Source: an uncultured Desulfosarcina sp. (GTDB taxonomy: Bacteria; Desulfobacterota; Desulfobacteria; Desulfobacterales; Desulfosarcinaceae). From it: a stretch of 64,000 bases of DNA. The notes below the pieces were generated by a model, which saw only the letters and a program-made list of their open reading frames with translations, made no database searches and was not told where the DNA came from. The DNA lies in the NCBI GenBank assembly GCA_963674945.2, contig CAXXWQ010000004.1, positions 768,001 through 832,000 on the forward strand, given 5' to 3'. A program made the position numbers and the translations under genes. Positions 31,438-42,066 of this stretch are shown one piece after another (positions within the stretch are counted from its first letter, which is position 1; each line of letters begins with the position of its first letter).

Positions 31438-31992
31438 ATGTTTGGATTATTCTCAAGGAAAAAGAAATCCTACATAGCGGGTATTCGAACCATATCCATC
31501 GCAGATCTGGCAACACTGTGGCGCGATTCTGATGAAGTTCTTGCTGATGATGGCAAGGCTTCAGATATTAAACTCGAAGACACACGAGGGGGGAAATCAA
31601 AGGGAAAGGCTGCGGATAATGGCAACGATGCCTGGTTTGATGAAAAACGTTTCTTTCCCGATTTGAAGAAGCGATTAGAGAATTTTCGCACATCGGCGTT
31701 TCGATACAAGGCAAATGCATACTATACCCTCGACACCATTGCCAAGGAATTGAACCAGCAACGCAAGGTTAACAATCTCGAACCTTTGGAGCCCAACGAC
31801 GTCATCGATTTTATCCATTCGAATCAGATTCTTGATAGCGGGAAATACATGTTGCGGTTCGATGTGGGTCTGCCCACCAAAATCTATCTCTACTCTCACC
31901 CCTGTCCCGCAAATGAGAAATCAGTTCGCAATAGCCCCATCGTTGAAAACGGTCGCAGGTTGAAAAGCATAAAACTCATGAAAAAGACCTAA
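31438..31992 (+). CDS. Hypothetical protein
   Basis: 184-aa ORF in the operon; no catalytic motif recognised. Confidence 0.6.
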   Translation: MFGLFSRKKKSYIAGIRTISIADLATLWRDSDEVLADDGKASDIKLEDTRGGKSKGKAADNGNDAWFDEKRFFPDLKKRLENFRTSAFRYKANAYYTLDTIAKELNQQRKVNNLEPLEPNDVIDFIHSNQILDSGKYMLRFDVGLPTKIYLYSHPCPANEKSVRNSPIVENGRRLKSIKLMKKT

Positions 31993-32206
31993 ATTGAGCG
32001 ATTGTCGAGCTTGCCGCAGGTACAAGGAAGATGGCTTTCCGCTATAGTCGCCTATGCGGTAAGACGTTTGACGCCGTAGATGCGGTGAGATCAGCAATCC
32101 CAACGGGTTTCAAATTTTCGAGGAAATATTATGCCATCGTTCAACAAATTTAAGGTTTTCATCATATGAAAAAATTTGAAACGCTCATTTTAGGAATGAG
32201 TGGGCC

Positions 32207-32464
32207 ATGACCAGCTACCGGATAAAAGCCGCAATCGGGATAATCGCGCTGGTGGTTCTGGTAATCTGCTTTGGTTATCAGATGGAAATCAGGCAGCGAT
32301 ACCCTGAGTTTGATCCGACGTTGATGGCAACAGGCGTTTTTTTACTTGCCGGGATGATATACGCGGTCATCGATCGGAATATCATCATTGCGTTCATCAC
32401 TTTTGCCGTGACTGTCGCAATCCCTTTTTTAAATCAGTGGATAGTCGCCTACTGGCCGTACTGA
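32207..32464 (+). CDS. Small membrane protein
   Basis: 85 aa, three hydrophobic segments. Confidence 0.65.
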   Translation: MTSYRIKAAIGIIALVVLVICFGYQMEIRQRYPEFDPTLMATGVFLLAGMIYAVIDRNIIIAFITFAVTVAIPFLNQWIVAYWPY

Positions 32465-32494
32465 GGCCCCCACCCGACTCATAAAGGTTGCAAT

Positions 32495-33226
32495 GTGGTG
32501 AAGGATGAAACAAATAACGCGATTCCCATTGGGACCAACAGCGATTTTGGAACGCGCACCTATTTCAAAAATATCGTCGATGCCATCTCGCAGATTCAAC
32601 AATTCGCCGTCATGGAAAGATCGGATTACGAGATTCCAGAGGATTTTCTCACCCTTCGGGGATCATTGAACTTTTTCAGTATCGGTTTTGGTAACGGCTT
32701 TATCGAAGGAATGGTGTTTACATTGCTTCTGGCCATCATCATGCCACTTACCCACAGTGAATATCTCATGGCGATGGTCTCCGCCAGTTTTCCTTTGGCC
32801 CGATCCCGCGTCTTCTTGTGGATATTGAACCTGTTGCCCGTCATCATAGCTGTGGTGCTCTGCTCCTATCTGAGTCGATACCGGATCGGCAAGATTGCCA
32901 GGCGTGCCGTCGATGCACTGTTGGTTGGACGCATGTTCAGCCTGATCATCAAGGCAATCATCATATTCGTTTTTTTGATCCTCCTTTATAACTACAACGA
33001 AGTCATTGCCTCCAGCCTGGGAAATACGCTGGCAAAAATTAACTATGGCTTTGGCCATGGTGTATTCTTGACAATCGCGAATATGAAAGAACACCTGTTG
33101 ACCACCGCTTTTCGAATCCTGGCAATTTTCGCAGGAGCGATACTGACGCCATTTTTCACGATCTGGCTGGTTTCCCTTTACCGGGCATATCAACGGAAAA
33201 AGGCCGAACTTTTTTGGATGAGATGA
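32495..33226 (+). CDS. Multi-pass membrane protein coupled to the coupling protein gene
   Basis: About four TM segments; stop overlaps the traD start (ATGA). Confidence 0.75.
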   Translation: MVKDETNNAIPIGTNSDFGTRTYFKNIVDAISQIQQFAVMERSDYEIPEDFLTLRGSLNFFSIGFGNGFIEGMVFTLLLAIIMPLTHSEYLMAMVSASFPLARSRVFLWILNLLPVIIAVVLCSYLSRYRIGKIARRAVDALLVGRMFSLIIKAIIIFVFLILLYNYNEVIASSLGNTLAKINYGFGHGVFLTIANMKEHLLTTAFRILAIFAGAILTPFFTIWLVSLYRAYQRKKAELFWMR

Positions 33227-34557
33227 TGTTCTGGTCACCGAAACGTACCACCTTGGTTGGACGGGGTGTTCCTATCAACAACCCAAAAGGAACCATCCGC
33301 AAGATCGAAATTCCCGACAAGGACAGAATCGGTCACATCGGATGCTTCGGAACCACCCGTATCGGCAAATCCAAGCTAATCGAACACATGGTCGCCCAGG
33401 ACATTGCCAAAGGCTATAGTGTGGTAATCGTAGATCCCAAAGGGGATCTGGAGCTTTTTTCCAAAATCGTTCAAATTGCATCCGATTGTGATAGAGCTGA
33501 CGAACTGTGTCTGATCAATCCCATCTATCCTGAATTCTCGGCGACTATCAATCCCCTTGCCTACTATTTCAGTCCGGAAGAAATCGTCAATCATGTGGTC
33601 GCCGGCGTTCAGGCCAAGGATGCCTATTTTCATAATGTGGCCTATGAAACCACGCTCGTGATCGTTCTGAGTCTGTTGGCATTTAAAGAGAAAGAGAAAC
33701 CTGATCTATCCATCAATTTCGCGGAAATTGGACGACGATGCGGGGCTGAAGAGATCGAGAATTTGATGGCTGCACTAACCAGAGGCCAGGATTCCTCCAC
33801 GCAAGAAATCATTCACATTGCCAATAAAATCCTTCAGGCCAAGGAAGAATTTTTCGGCAAGGTGACCTCATCCCTTCGCACCGTCCTGACGGCCCTATCC
33901 ATTGGCAATATGGGCAAGATCATCGGCAGAGCCCGATCCAATCGCTTCGTTCAGAGACTTGAAAATGGAAAACGTGTCATTCTTGTGGTTCAGACCGGCA
34001 GTATGCTTTCCGGCAAGGTCAGCGACATGATAGCTCGGATTCTGATCTCGATGATCCAAAGCTTCATCGGTCGGCGTTTTGCGTCGGGTCAAAAGATCGA
34101 TCCACCACTTGCCATCTACATCGATGAATTTTCCAATGCATGCTACATGGGCATCGAGGATCTGTTCAATAAGGCCGGCGGCGCCGGTGCCATGGTGAGT
34201 GTATTTACCCAATCGCTGGCCGATATCAGTGCAGCCATCGGTGAACAGATGGCCCGAAAAATCCTGGACAATCTAAACACCAAAATCTTTATGCGTGTCA
34301 ACGATCCCCTGACGGCCAAATATGTAAGCGAATCCTCGGGTACGCGAAAGAAATACGACCCATTTCTTCAATTAGGCGGTGGTATCACCATGAGATGTGC
34401 ACAAGAAGCGGCCGTTCTTCCCGAGGATGTTCTCAGTTTAAGTGAACGGATCTTTTTTCTTTTCGGTATGAAAGGAAGCTACAAGGGAAAGACCGAGCTG
34501 GTAAAACCGGCAAGGATAAAAGTGGAGTACCCTGACATTATCTCCAAGGCGGTTTAA
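33223..34557 (+). CDS. traD: Type IV coupling protein (TraD/VirD4 family) without N-terminal TM segments
   Basis: GTTRIGKS Walker A, IVDPKGD, IYIDEF Walker B, LFNKAGGAG, TQSLAD, NLNTKIFMRVND. Confidence 0.9.
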   Translation: MMFWSPKRTTLVGRGVPINNPKGTIRKIEIPDKDRIGHIGCFGTTRIGKSKLIEHMVAQDIAKGYSVVIVDPKGDLELFSKIVQIASDCDRADELCLINPIYPEFSATINPLAYYFSPEEIVNHVVAGVQAKDAYFHNVAYETTLVIVLSLLAFKEKEKPDLSINFAEIGRRCGAEEIENLMAALTRGQDSSTQEIIHIANKILQAKEEFFGKVTSSLRTVLTALSIGNMGKIIGRARSNRFVQRLENGKRVILVVQTGSMLSGKVSDMIARILISMIQSFIGRRFASGQKIDPPLAIYIDEFSNACYMGIEDLFNKAGGAGAMVSVFTQSLADISAAIGEQMARKILDNLNTKIFMRVNDPLTAKYVSESSGTRKKYDPFLQLGGGITMRCAQEAAVLPEDVLSLSERIFFLFGMKGSYKGKTELVKPARIKVEYPDIISKAV

Positions 34558-34585
34558 ATATGGCTCGCTCAAAAAGGAATCCTCC

Positions 34586-35344
34586 ATGAAAAAGATCGGT
34601 ATCTGCAACAATAAGGGCGGTGTTGGCAAAACCACCATCGCCCTATGTCTGGCCGGAGCCCTGGCCGAGATGGATCTGGAAGTGCTCCTGGTGGACATGG
34701 ATCAGCAAGGATCTTTAAGTTCCTCCTTTTTGCCCGATATCAACAACCTGCCGTTGGTGGTCACGGATGTGATCCGGGATGATGGCGTATCCATCGAAGC
34801 GGCAGTTCATCAGACCCAATATGCCAACATCAAGATCCTTCCTTCCAATTTGAGTCTGGCCAAACTGGAAAGCGAACTTCAATCCGAGCGGGATGCTCAC
34901 TATTATCTGGCCGACAGGCTTGATGAGATCGATGGTCAATACGATGTGGTCATTATTGATTCTCCTCCCAATTTAGGACTGGCCACCTGGTCGGTATTAA
35001 CAGCTGTTCAAGATCTGATCATCCCTTTGGAGGCCCAGGATTACAGTGTAAAAGGCACTGGGTACGTCCACGGGTTGATCGACAAGGTAAAAAAGCGGGC
35101 CAATCCCCGGCTGGAGATTTTGGGTTACCTGATTAATAGATACGATGGCCGTCGACGTATCGAACAGGATTTTATGGCCATGATCCAAAACCATCTGGGA
35201 AAACGGGTGTTTGATCAGGTGCTGAAAGACGCTGTTGTGTATGTGGAAGCCGTCACCTTGGGAATACCCGTTACCATGCTTTATCCCAAAAGCGAGCATG
35301 CCGAGAAGTTTCGCCAGCTTGGCAGGAGGGTCATGTATGGCTAA
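34586..35344 (+). CDS. parA: ParA-family ATPase
   Basis: NNKGGVGKTT, LVDMDQQG, IIDSPPNLG. Confidence 0.93.
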   Translation: MKKIGICNNKGGVGKTTIALCLAGALAEMDLEVLLVDMDQQGSLSSSFLPDINNLPLVVTDVIRDDGVSIEAAVHQTQYANIKILPSNLSLAKLESELQSERDAHYYLADRLDEIDGQYDVVIIDSPPNLGLATWSVLTAVQDLIIPLEAQDYSVKGTGYVHGLIDKVKKRANPRLEILGYLINRYDGRRRIEQDFMAMIQNHLGKRVFDQVLKDAVVYVEAVTLGIPVTMLYPKSEHAEKFRQLGRRVMYG

Positions 35345-36221
35345 GGACTTTTCTCAAAATGCCCGGGATCGATCTACCTTCCTGGACCCTTCGACTTTGG
35401 ATACAGCAACAAAAAGGGGCGATCGGGCAGATACCCGTCCGCTCCGGACGGCAAGGTGGATTGAAATCCAGCGTATCCAGCCGGATCCGAACCAACCCAG
35501 AAAAACCTTTGTCCAGGAAACCCTTGAGTCCCTTGCCCGATCCATCCGACAGATCGGAGGGATCATCGATCCGATAACGGTCCAATTTTCTGAAAATGAA
35601 GATTGTTTCCTGATCATCAGTGGAGAGCGGCGTTATCTGGCCGCCAAGATCGCGGGCCTCGACACGCTTCCCTGTATCATCAAACAACCAGACGATAAAA
35701 CCCGCTTTCTCATGCAGTTTATTGCCAACATCCAGAGGGAAGATATCCCGCTTCTGGAAGAGGCCGCAGCCATTCGGCGCTTGGTTCAGACCTACGGGTT
35801 CACACAACACGAAATCGCAAAATTAATCAACAAATCAAAAAGTTATGTCAGTCAGGTCCTGGGCCTGGAGCGGCTTTCCGATGAGGCCAAAAAGAAGGTT
35901 CAGACGTCTGAACTTTCCAAAGAGGTTCAGATCCAGGCATCCCGGGAAACGGAGCCTGAAAAGCAAATTGAAATTCTGAAGATGGCATCCGATGAAAAAA
36001 AGACCGTCCGGGATATCCGCAATCAAACCAGACAGGTTGGAGCCCAAGATCCGGATCACAATAAGACTTTCAGCCAGTGGACCTGGCGATCGAAGAAGGG
36101 ACGGTTTACAGTGTCGGTACGGTTTACGGAAAAGCATCCTTTCGAAAACAAGACGAAAATGGTTCGGGCTGCTTTAGAGGAAGCGGTCAGTCAGATTTCT
36201 ACCAAACTCCCTGATGGCTGA
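35337..36221 (+). CDS. parB: ParB-family partition protein
   Basis: PDPNQPRKTF, IISGERRY, ANIQRED, HTH; overlaps the parA stop. Confidence 0.92.
   Translation: MAKDFSQNARDRSTFLDPSTLDTATKRGDRADTRPLRTARWIEIQRIQPDPNQPRKTFVQETLESLARSIRQIGGIIDPITVQFSENEDCFLIISGERRYLAAKIAGLDTLPCIIKQPDDKTRFLMQFIANIQREDIPLLEEAAAIRRLVQTYGFTQHEIAKLINKSKSYVSQVLGLERLSDEAKKKVQTSELSKEVQIQASRETEPEKQIEILKMASDEKKTVRDIRNQTRQVGAQDPDHNKTFSQWTWRSKKGRFTVSVRFTEKHPFENKTKMVRAALEEAVSQISTKLPDG
35898..35913. promoter_or_regulatory. Candidate parS site inside parB
   Basis: Perfect 16-bp palindrome GTTCAGACGTCTGAAC. Confidence 0.5.
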
Positions 36222-36283
36222 AACAATTATTCAATAATCATAGATGTGTTTGCTCGAGTGTGTGGCCCGAACTCCCTATTAAA

Positions 36284-37195
36284 TCATTCCGCAAAAACCA
36301 ATTCCACCAGCCTTTGTGTGGCTGACAAAGCGTCCACGAACGTAATAATCTCGTCAGGGCCGGCAAACGACACTTGCAGCACGAAGGTTTCATATTCCTT
36401 CGCCCACTTACTGTCATGGTGCAATTTGTCAAGCATGGTGGCAAAGCGCTCGACCGGGTCATGAGGCGCTCCACCTCCTCCCCGGCCAGCGTCCTTTTCC
36501 GCGATTTGCCGCACTAAGATCACGAATTCCGGCGCGCTTCCAATATGGCTTTCAAGAGCCGCCAGGTCGTAAAGGTGACGGATGACGGATGGATCGTCAT
36601 TTTCCGCCCCTCGCTTGCGCGTGCATACACGCCAAGCCAAGGCGCTCAATTTGTCGGCGGCTGTTTCTGTTGGGTCAACGCAGGGAAAACTCAGAACCTC
36701 GGGAGGCTTCTTTTCAAACTGTGCGATCAAGGACCGAATAGGCCGGCTTATTGGTTGCAGCGCCGGCGCAATGAAAGACATTTCGATACGGATATAGGGC
36801 CTCAGGCCCGGACCTGTTTGGAAATGACTGTGATAGGCCAAGTCGGCCGTGAAAAAGCGGCTTTCATTACCTTTTTTAACGGCGATCAAATTAAAATCGG
36901 CAGCAGCCAGGGCCGATAAAACCTGCTCGCGGTAACTGCTGCGATGTTTTCGCTGCTTAGCGTTACTCGCGTCGGCGGGCATGGAGACCTTGAAGTCGAT
37001 ATCTTCGGAAAAGCGCTTGATATGCCCCCATCCCTTTGATAGCGACGTGCCGCCAGAAAAAACGGGTATCGCACCTGCACCGTCGAGGGACGAAATCACA
37101 CGTATGGCTTGAACGACATGCCAATCCTTTTCGACCAGGCGTTCATCGCTCAAAAACGCGCCAGCGACTCGCTCAATAAGTTTCCGCTCAAGCAC
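36284..37195 (-). CDS. AbiEii/AbiGii-family nucleotidyltransferase toxin
   Basis: VEKDWHV, FSGGTSLSKGW..IKRFSEDIDF, ETAADKL, RHLYDL. Confidence 0.9.
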   Translation of the reverse strand: MLERKLIERVAGAFLSDERLVEKDWHVVQAIRVISSLDGAGAIPVFSGGTSLSKGWGHIKRFSEDIDFKVSMPADASNAKQRKHRSSYREQVLSALAAADFNLIAVKKGNESRFFTADLAYHSHFQTGPGLRPYIRIEMSFIAPALQPISRPIRSLIAQFEKKPPEVLSFPCVDPTETAADKLSALAWRVCTRKRGAENDDPSVIRHLYDLAALESHIGSAPEFVILVRQIAEKDAGRGGGGAPHDPVERFATMLDKLHHDSKWAKEYETFVLQVSFAGPDEIITFVDALSATQRLVELVFAE

Positions 37196-37595
37196 GTTCG
37201 AAACTCATAAAAACCCCTTTGTAACCGATCTTACGGCGTACCCTCTTTCGGGTGGCGATCACACGGCCTGCCGGGACTTGGGTTGTTTTACCGGCATTAT
37301 AGGCTTTTTCAAACCGTGTTGGGACGCTTTCTACCCCCAATCGGCTAAGCGCCTCGGCCGTCAATGAATAGAGCCCCTTGACCGGCGTCGGTGTACCGTC
37401 GAAGGGCGATGGCACGGCGCGCGTGTAAAGCCCTTGGCCTATTTTCATAAGCTTACCCTTCTTCACAAGTCCCCGAAGGGCACGACCCACCTGGTCATAT
37501 CCGCCCAGGTCTTTAAAATCGGCACGTAGAAAGACGTCACCGCGCTTGCGGTCGATACGTTTCATCATGCGTGTTTCCAAATTTTGGGTTCTCAT
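37188..37595 (-). CDS. AbiEi-like antitoxin (DUF6088-type winged HTH)
   Basis: VFLRADF.DLGGYDQVGRAL..LV..GKL.KIGQGLY, YNAGKTTQVP; overlaps the toxin start. Confidence 0.85.
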   Translation of the reverse strand: MRTQNLETRMMKRIDRKRGDVFLRADFKDLGGYDQVGRALRGLVKKGKLMKIGQGLYTRAVPSPFDGTPTPVKGLYSLTAEALSRLGVESVPTRFEKAYNAGKTTQVPAGRVIATRKRVRRKIGYKGVFMSFERA

Positions 37596-37789
37596 CTTGC
37601 ACCTCACGTTCAATGTCAATTTACGACACTTATGCGATGATTTCAATAGCTAATCAATTAGTTAAGAGAAAAAAGCGCCAGTTCCCCTTACTATTCGCTC
37701 AGGGATACCCGTGATGTTACGAAAATTGGTTTTGTCTGAAAAGCGACTATATGTGTGCTTGACGTAACTACATTATGTAGCTACTAAAA

Positions 37790-37963
37790 ACAATTGAGGA
37801 TGACCGCCTCGTTTATAGAGAGCATCGATTTATTTCATTCGGTTTTATGTACGACCACATAATTGCGGCTGTCCATACCGAAACTGAAGAAAAAATACGA
37901 ATAATATCTGCAAGGAAGGCAACGAAAAATGAGCAAAAAGAATATATCAAGCAAATCCCGTAA
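37790..37963 (+). pseudogene. 5'-truncated BrnT toxin
   Basis: Frame reads TIEDDR..EHRFISFG...AVHTETEEKIRIISARKATKNEQKEY; the N-terminal part and start codon are missing. Confidence 0.75.
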
Positions 37964-38201
37964 GGATTCTGAGATCGATCTTAGTGATCTTCCTGAAATC
38001 GTGCCGGAAAAGTTTGCTAAGGCTGTTGTTCGGAAAGGCCTGAAACCTGTGTCCAAGAAGGCTCAGATTACACTTAGAATAGATTCTGACGTGCTGGAAT
38101 GGTTTAAAGGAACAGGCAAAGGGTACCAGACTCGCATCAACACGCTACTGCGTGCCTATATGGAAGAAAGCCAAGGCACAACCCACCATAGAGAAGCTTA
38201 G
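37929..38201 (+). CDS. BrnA-family antitoxin
   Basis: IDLSDLPE, ITLRIDSDVLEWFK..GKGYQTRINTLLRAYM. Confidence 0.9.
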   Translation: MSKKNISSKSRKDSEIDLSDLPEIVPEKFAKAVVRKGLKPVSKKAQITLRIDSDVLEWFKGTGKGYQTRINTLLRAYMEESQGTTHHREA

Positions 38202-38331
38202 AGTAATTTTTCATTCCATTGGGTGGAAAGGTATAGAGATTGGAGAATGAATCCGTGAAAAAGAAAGTGATGAAAATCGGAATCCTCCATTTTCTATATC
38301 CAAAGCTTGGCATGTAGTTTTGTAATTAGCT

Positions 38332-39483
38332 GAGGGGTAGTGGAGTTTTTTCTTAGTCGAAAAAATATATAACCCATTAATATTAAACAATATTTTTGAC
38401 TAGACATAAGCCCTTAAAATTGTTATGAATAATCTCAATGATTATAACAGCAAAGGAGATTATTCATGCCCAGAAAAGCAAACAAGATCTCGACCCGCTG
38501 GATTCGTGAAAACCGTGAGGCATTCAGAGATTTTCTCGATGAAACCGACTTCCCCGATCCGGAACGGCTGGGAGAACGCGGGCCTAAGTTCAAGTATCCA
38601 GAATGGCTGATCATGTTCATTGCGATTCTGTCTGTTAAATTGAAAGTCAAAAGCTACGTTCAAATTCACAAGATGGCGGTCAAATACTGGGACATTATCG
38701 CCCAGGACATGGAACTGACACCCATCAGTGAAAAACAGCTCAGGGACCGGTTAAAAAAAATCCGTCATTTCCCTGGAAACCCAGCAGCGTTCATTTTTCA
38801 GCTATTTCCTGAGCTTGAGTAAAGACCGGATTGTCAGCGCGGACAAGATGATGAACAGGGCCAAAGGTCCGGTCTGGCACAAGAAACAAAAAGATCAGGG
38901 CATTATTCCCAAAGGGCTGCGCGGCATCGATAAAGAGGCCACCTGGTGCAAATCCCAGGCTGCCGGTTGGGTTTACGGCCACGGGTCATTTTCACTGACC
39001 TCGCACAAGCATCCGGTGCTGGGCTGCTTTGTGTGGATGCGAAACAGCGCCAATGAAGCCAAACGCATGTGGTTGGAAACGTTTCATGTCAAAGATCAGG
39101 TGGACTATATCGCCATGGACTCGAAAGCCGATGATGCTTTATTGTTCCGTGAGTTCAAGAGGCAACGTCACATGAACCTGATCACCAGTTGTCGTGCAAC
39201 CATGGATAAAACAATGCCTCGCAAGAAGATGATCGCTTTCATGAGTAAGCCGAAACACAAAAAGATCTACCGGGAACGTGCCTATAAGGTTGAGCCGATG
39301 CAAGGTCTGGTGAAAGACATCTTTGAGTTAGACCGTTGCTGGATGCGCGGTAACGATAATAATCGGTGGTTGTTTGCCGCCATGGGTCTAACCATTCAAA
39401 TGCATCAGCTTCAAGCATTTAAGCAAGGTCGATCAACTTGGAATATCAAAGAACAGGTCTTGGGATAAACTCCCCGACCCCTG
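38332..39483 (+). mobile_element. 1152-bp insertion sequence (DDE, two overlapping ORFs)
   Basis: 8-bp duplication AATTAGCT (38324-38331, 39484-39491); IR GAGGGGTAGTGGAGTTT vs CAGGGGTCGGGGAGTTT. Confidence 0.88.
38466..39468 (+). CDS. Transposase split across two frames at an A8 run (38753-38760)
   Basis: ORF 38466-38822 plus the +1 frame open from the A-run to 39468; SAD, MDSKAD, VEP putative DDE. Confidence 0.75.
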
Positions 39484-40027
39484 AATTAGCTCAAATGTGA
39501 ATTATTTCATGTTCATCAAACCAACCTTGTTCAAGAGTGAAATTTCTTACCTTCTGTGGCTCTTTGGTATAAGCAACAATAGCTAAACTTTCCTCGGCAC
39601 GGCTACAGGTGACATAAAAAAGTCTACGGGTACGATCAATGCTTGTTTCTTTTCCTTCTTCTTCATTTTTAAGGTCAGTAGAAGTAGGATCTTTAGCTCC
39701 GAATAGCTTTTCATAGTTAAACCAACGACCACGAGCTTCATCATCATCGAGAATCACCATAACACGAGGGAATTGAAGACCCTTGATGCCTTGATGGGTT
39801 CCAAAACAGGATTCAGATTCATCGGAGATGTACCTAATATATTCTTCAAACTGGCTGAATTTGCATTGTAATGCCGTATCCCATGCCTCTATAACCGGGT
39901 CATTTTCCGGTTCCTCAGAGTGTTCCTCCGAAGCGCCTTCTTGATCCTCATTTAATCTATTGGCTATTGGAAGTAATGTGTCAGGAATCAGGAAAATACC
40001 ACTATTGAATACCTCTTTTAATACATC

Positions 40028-41683
40028 CCTGAATCAGTGGCCTAATTTTTGCTGTTAGGATTGGCGCGGGGCGATTGCCTCACACACCATCATTTGTTGA
40101 TAATTTTTCTCACTATTTTCAAATTTCGAAGGAATTTTGCTCCTGTTTCTCATTCTTTAGCCATAGCAAATCACCAAGCAAATGCCTGTAAAATTGTTCT
40201 TTTAAAAATTATAGCTACTTCATAGCGGAAAGCAAATTCAGACGAAGATAAATCCGATCCATCAGTTTGGAAAATGGATTGAGTTGGCCAAAGGATATGT
40301 ACCATTTTCTACTTCTGGTTACTAATCGACCGGCCATATACATCAAGTCCTGCATGACTGTCCGGATTCGACGCCGGGTAACTTTCTTCCGGCGTATACC
40401 GGGCAATTCAGTCGGATCACTCTCTTCGATGCTGATTTGTCCGATAATCCGTAGCATGTTGTACGTCAGCATCGCCAAATGAAGAATCAAGCTATTGGTG
40501 GAAAAATGACCGCTCGGCAAGCGCTCCAGGCCCATGTCGGATTTGAGTTCGGAGTGAAACTGCTCGCTGGTACCGTGATCGTGATAAAGTCGAATCACCT
40601 CATCCGGTGGCAACTGTGCGAGGCTGCACCAATAGGTATCGATCTGATACTCGGGGAACAGCAGTACTTGGCCCTTTTTGGTATGCCTTTCGGTAACCTC
40701 AAAGATGATTGGGTAGCGCAATGGATTGCCGTTGATGTCTTCAATCGTCTTTCCGATCCATACACATTTTCCTGAGCGGCAATGCTGTTGCTTGCCGGAT
40801 TTTTTTGCCAGATCAACCCACTTTTGAACAGATTCTCTACGCAAATTGCGTTTGATGATAAAGTGGACATTCTTTCGTGAATCGTCAGGAAAGTTGTCTT
40901 GACTGTCGTTTCCTGAATCCAACCTCATCAAAATAGGCTGATCGGTAATTTGCCTGGCATAATCCAAGGTGGCGTTGATAAATTCGGGGGTGTTTTTCTG
41001 GCAGTGTTGTTTTCCTTCTCTGAACTCAAGATTCACCAGATACCCCTCGGTGCCCAGGTAGGCAAAGATCGGAGCGAAGCCATCCGTGCCTTTGTAGGTT
41101 CTGGAAACGCCTTCCTTTTGAGTCTTTGAGTTGTCAAACGGACTCACATCCATATCCAAAGGAAGGAAATCACCCGCACTGGTTTGGATGGGTGAAATCG
41201 CCGGAGCGCAGGATCGAACCAAATCAACGCCTGCATCCTTAATCAGCTTATCGGCTTGGTTGCCGATCAAATCGATTCGCTGACGCAATGTCGGGCTTGA
41301 CGGGCATGCACGATTGCCAATGGCCTTGTTGAAAAATTCTTGCTTCTCACGAAAAATCTCGATCGCATCGTAATCAGGTTTACCAATACTCATGAGAGCA
41401 ATCATCGAAGCTAAAATGTCACCATGAGAAATTTTCGGGTCTACACAATGGACGCCGTTGATCTTTTCGAAACGGAACCTGAAATTTATCGCATCAAGTA
41501 ATGCGCCGATATTGATCAATCCGCTATGACTGGCAAGTTTTTCCATCTCGTGTTTTATGGTGATCGGACGCCGCATTGATTTCACCTCCGAAGTGAGCGT
41601 TTAGTGCCCTAATATTACCATAATATATATGTTTTATCAATTGGTTATAGTGTTTTAATCAGGTTTTGTGCCACGGAAACAGG
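40028..41683 (-). mobile_element. IS1380-family element, 1656 bp
   Basis: TACATC duplication (40022-40027, 41684-41689); IR CCTGAATCAGTGGC vs CCTGTTTCCGTGGC. Confidence 0.9.
40215..41585 (-). CDS. IS1380-family transposase
   Basis: LDMDVSPFDNS, EFREGKQH, RLDSGND, YHDHGTSEQFHSELK.D..LERLPSG.F..N. Confidence 0.92.
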   Translation of the reverse strand: MKSMRRPITIKHEMEKLASHSGLINIGALLDAINFRFRFEKINGVHCVDPKISHGDILASMIALMSIGKPDYDAIEIFREKQEFFNKAIGNRACPSSPTLRQRIDLIGNQADKLIKDAGVDLVRSCAPAISPIQTSAGDFLPLDMDVSPFDNSKTQKEGVSRTYKGTDGFAPIFAYLGTEGYLVNLEFREGKQHCQKNTPEFINATLDYARQITDQPILMRLDSGNDSQDNFPDDSRKNVHFIIKRNLRRESVQKWVDLAKKSGKQQHCRSGKCVWIGKTIEDINGNPLRYPIIFEVTERHTKKGQVLLFPEYQIDTYWCSLAQLPPDEVIRLYHDHGTSEQFHSELKSDMGLERLPSGHFSTNSLILHLAMLTYNMLRIIGQISIEESDPTELPGIRRKKVTRRRIRTVMQDLMYMAGRLVTRSRKWYISFGQLNPFSKLMDRIYLRLNLLSAMK

Positions 41684-42066
41684 TACATCATTGAGAGAAG
41701 GGTCTGAATTACCGGACCAGAGAGAATATAGTGCATTAACTGCATCTTTTGCCTTGGTGATTTCCCCTAATGATTTAGTAGAATTTTTTAGTGCATCTTT
41801 TTTAATTATTGGCGAGTTCTCTCTCATTATCCTTGATACGGCGAATTCATCACCTGTTTGCTTCGCCTTTACTAAGGGCAATACTTTTTTTGAGAATAAA
41901 GAAACTCCAGATAACTTACCATCAAGCAAGCCGGTTTTTAGTCTATTGACACGATATAAAGGATCAAAAAAGTCAGAAAAACCGCCACGATTAGCAGCCA
42001 TATGATGCTCTAATGTTAATATTTTAACTGATTCTTGAGAAGTATCCTCCCAGAGTTGATCGTCAG

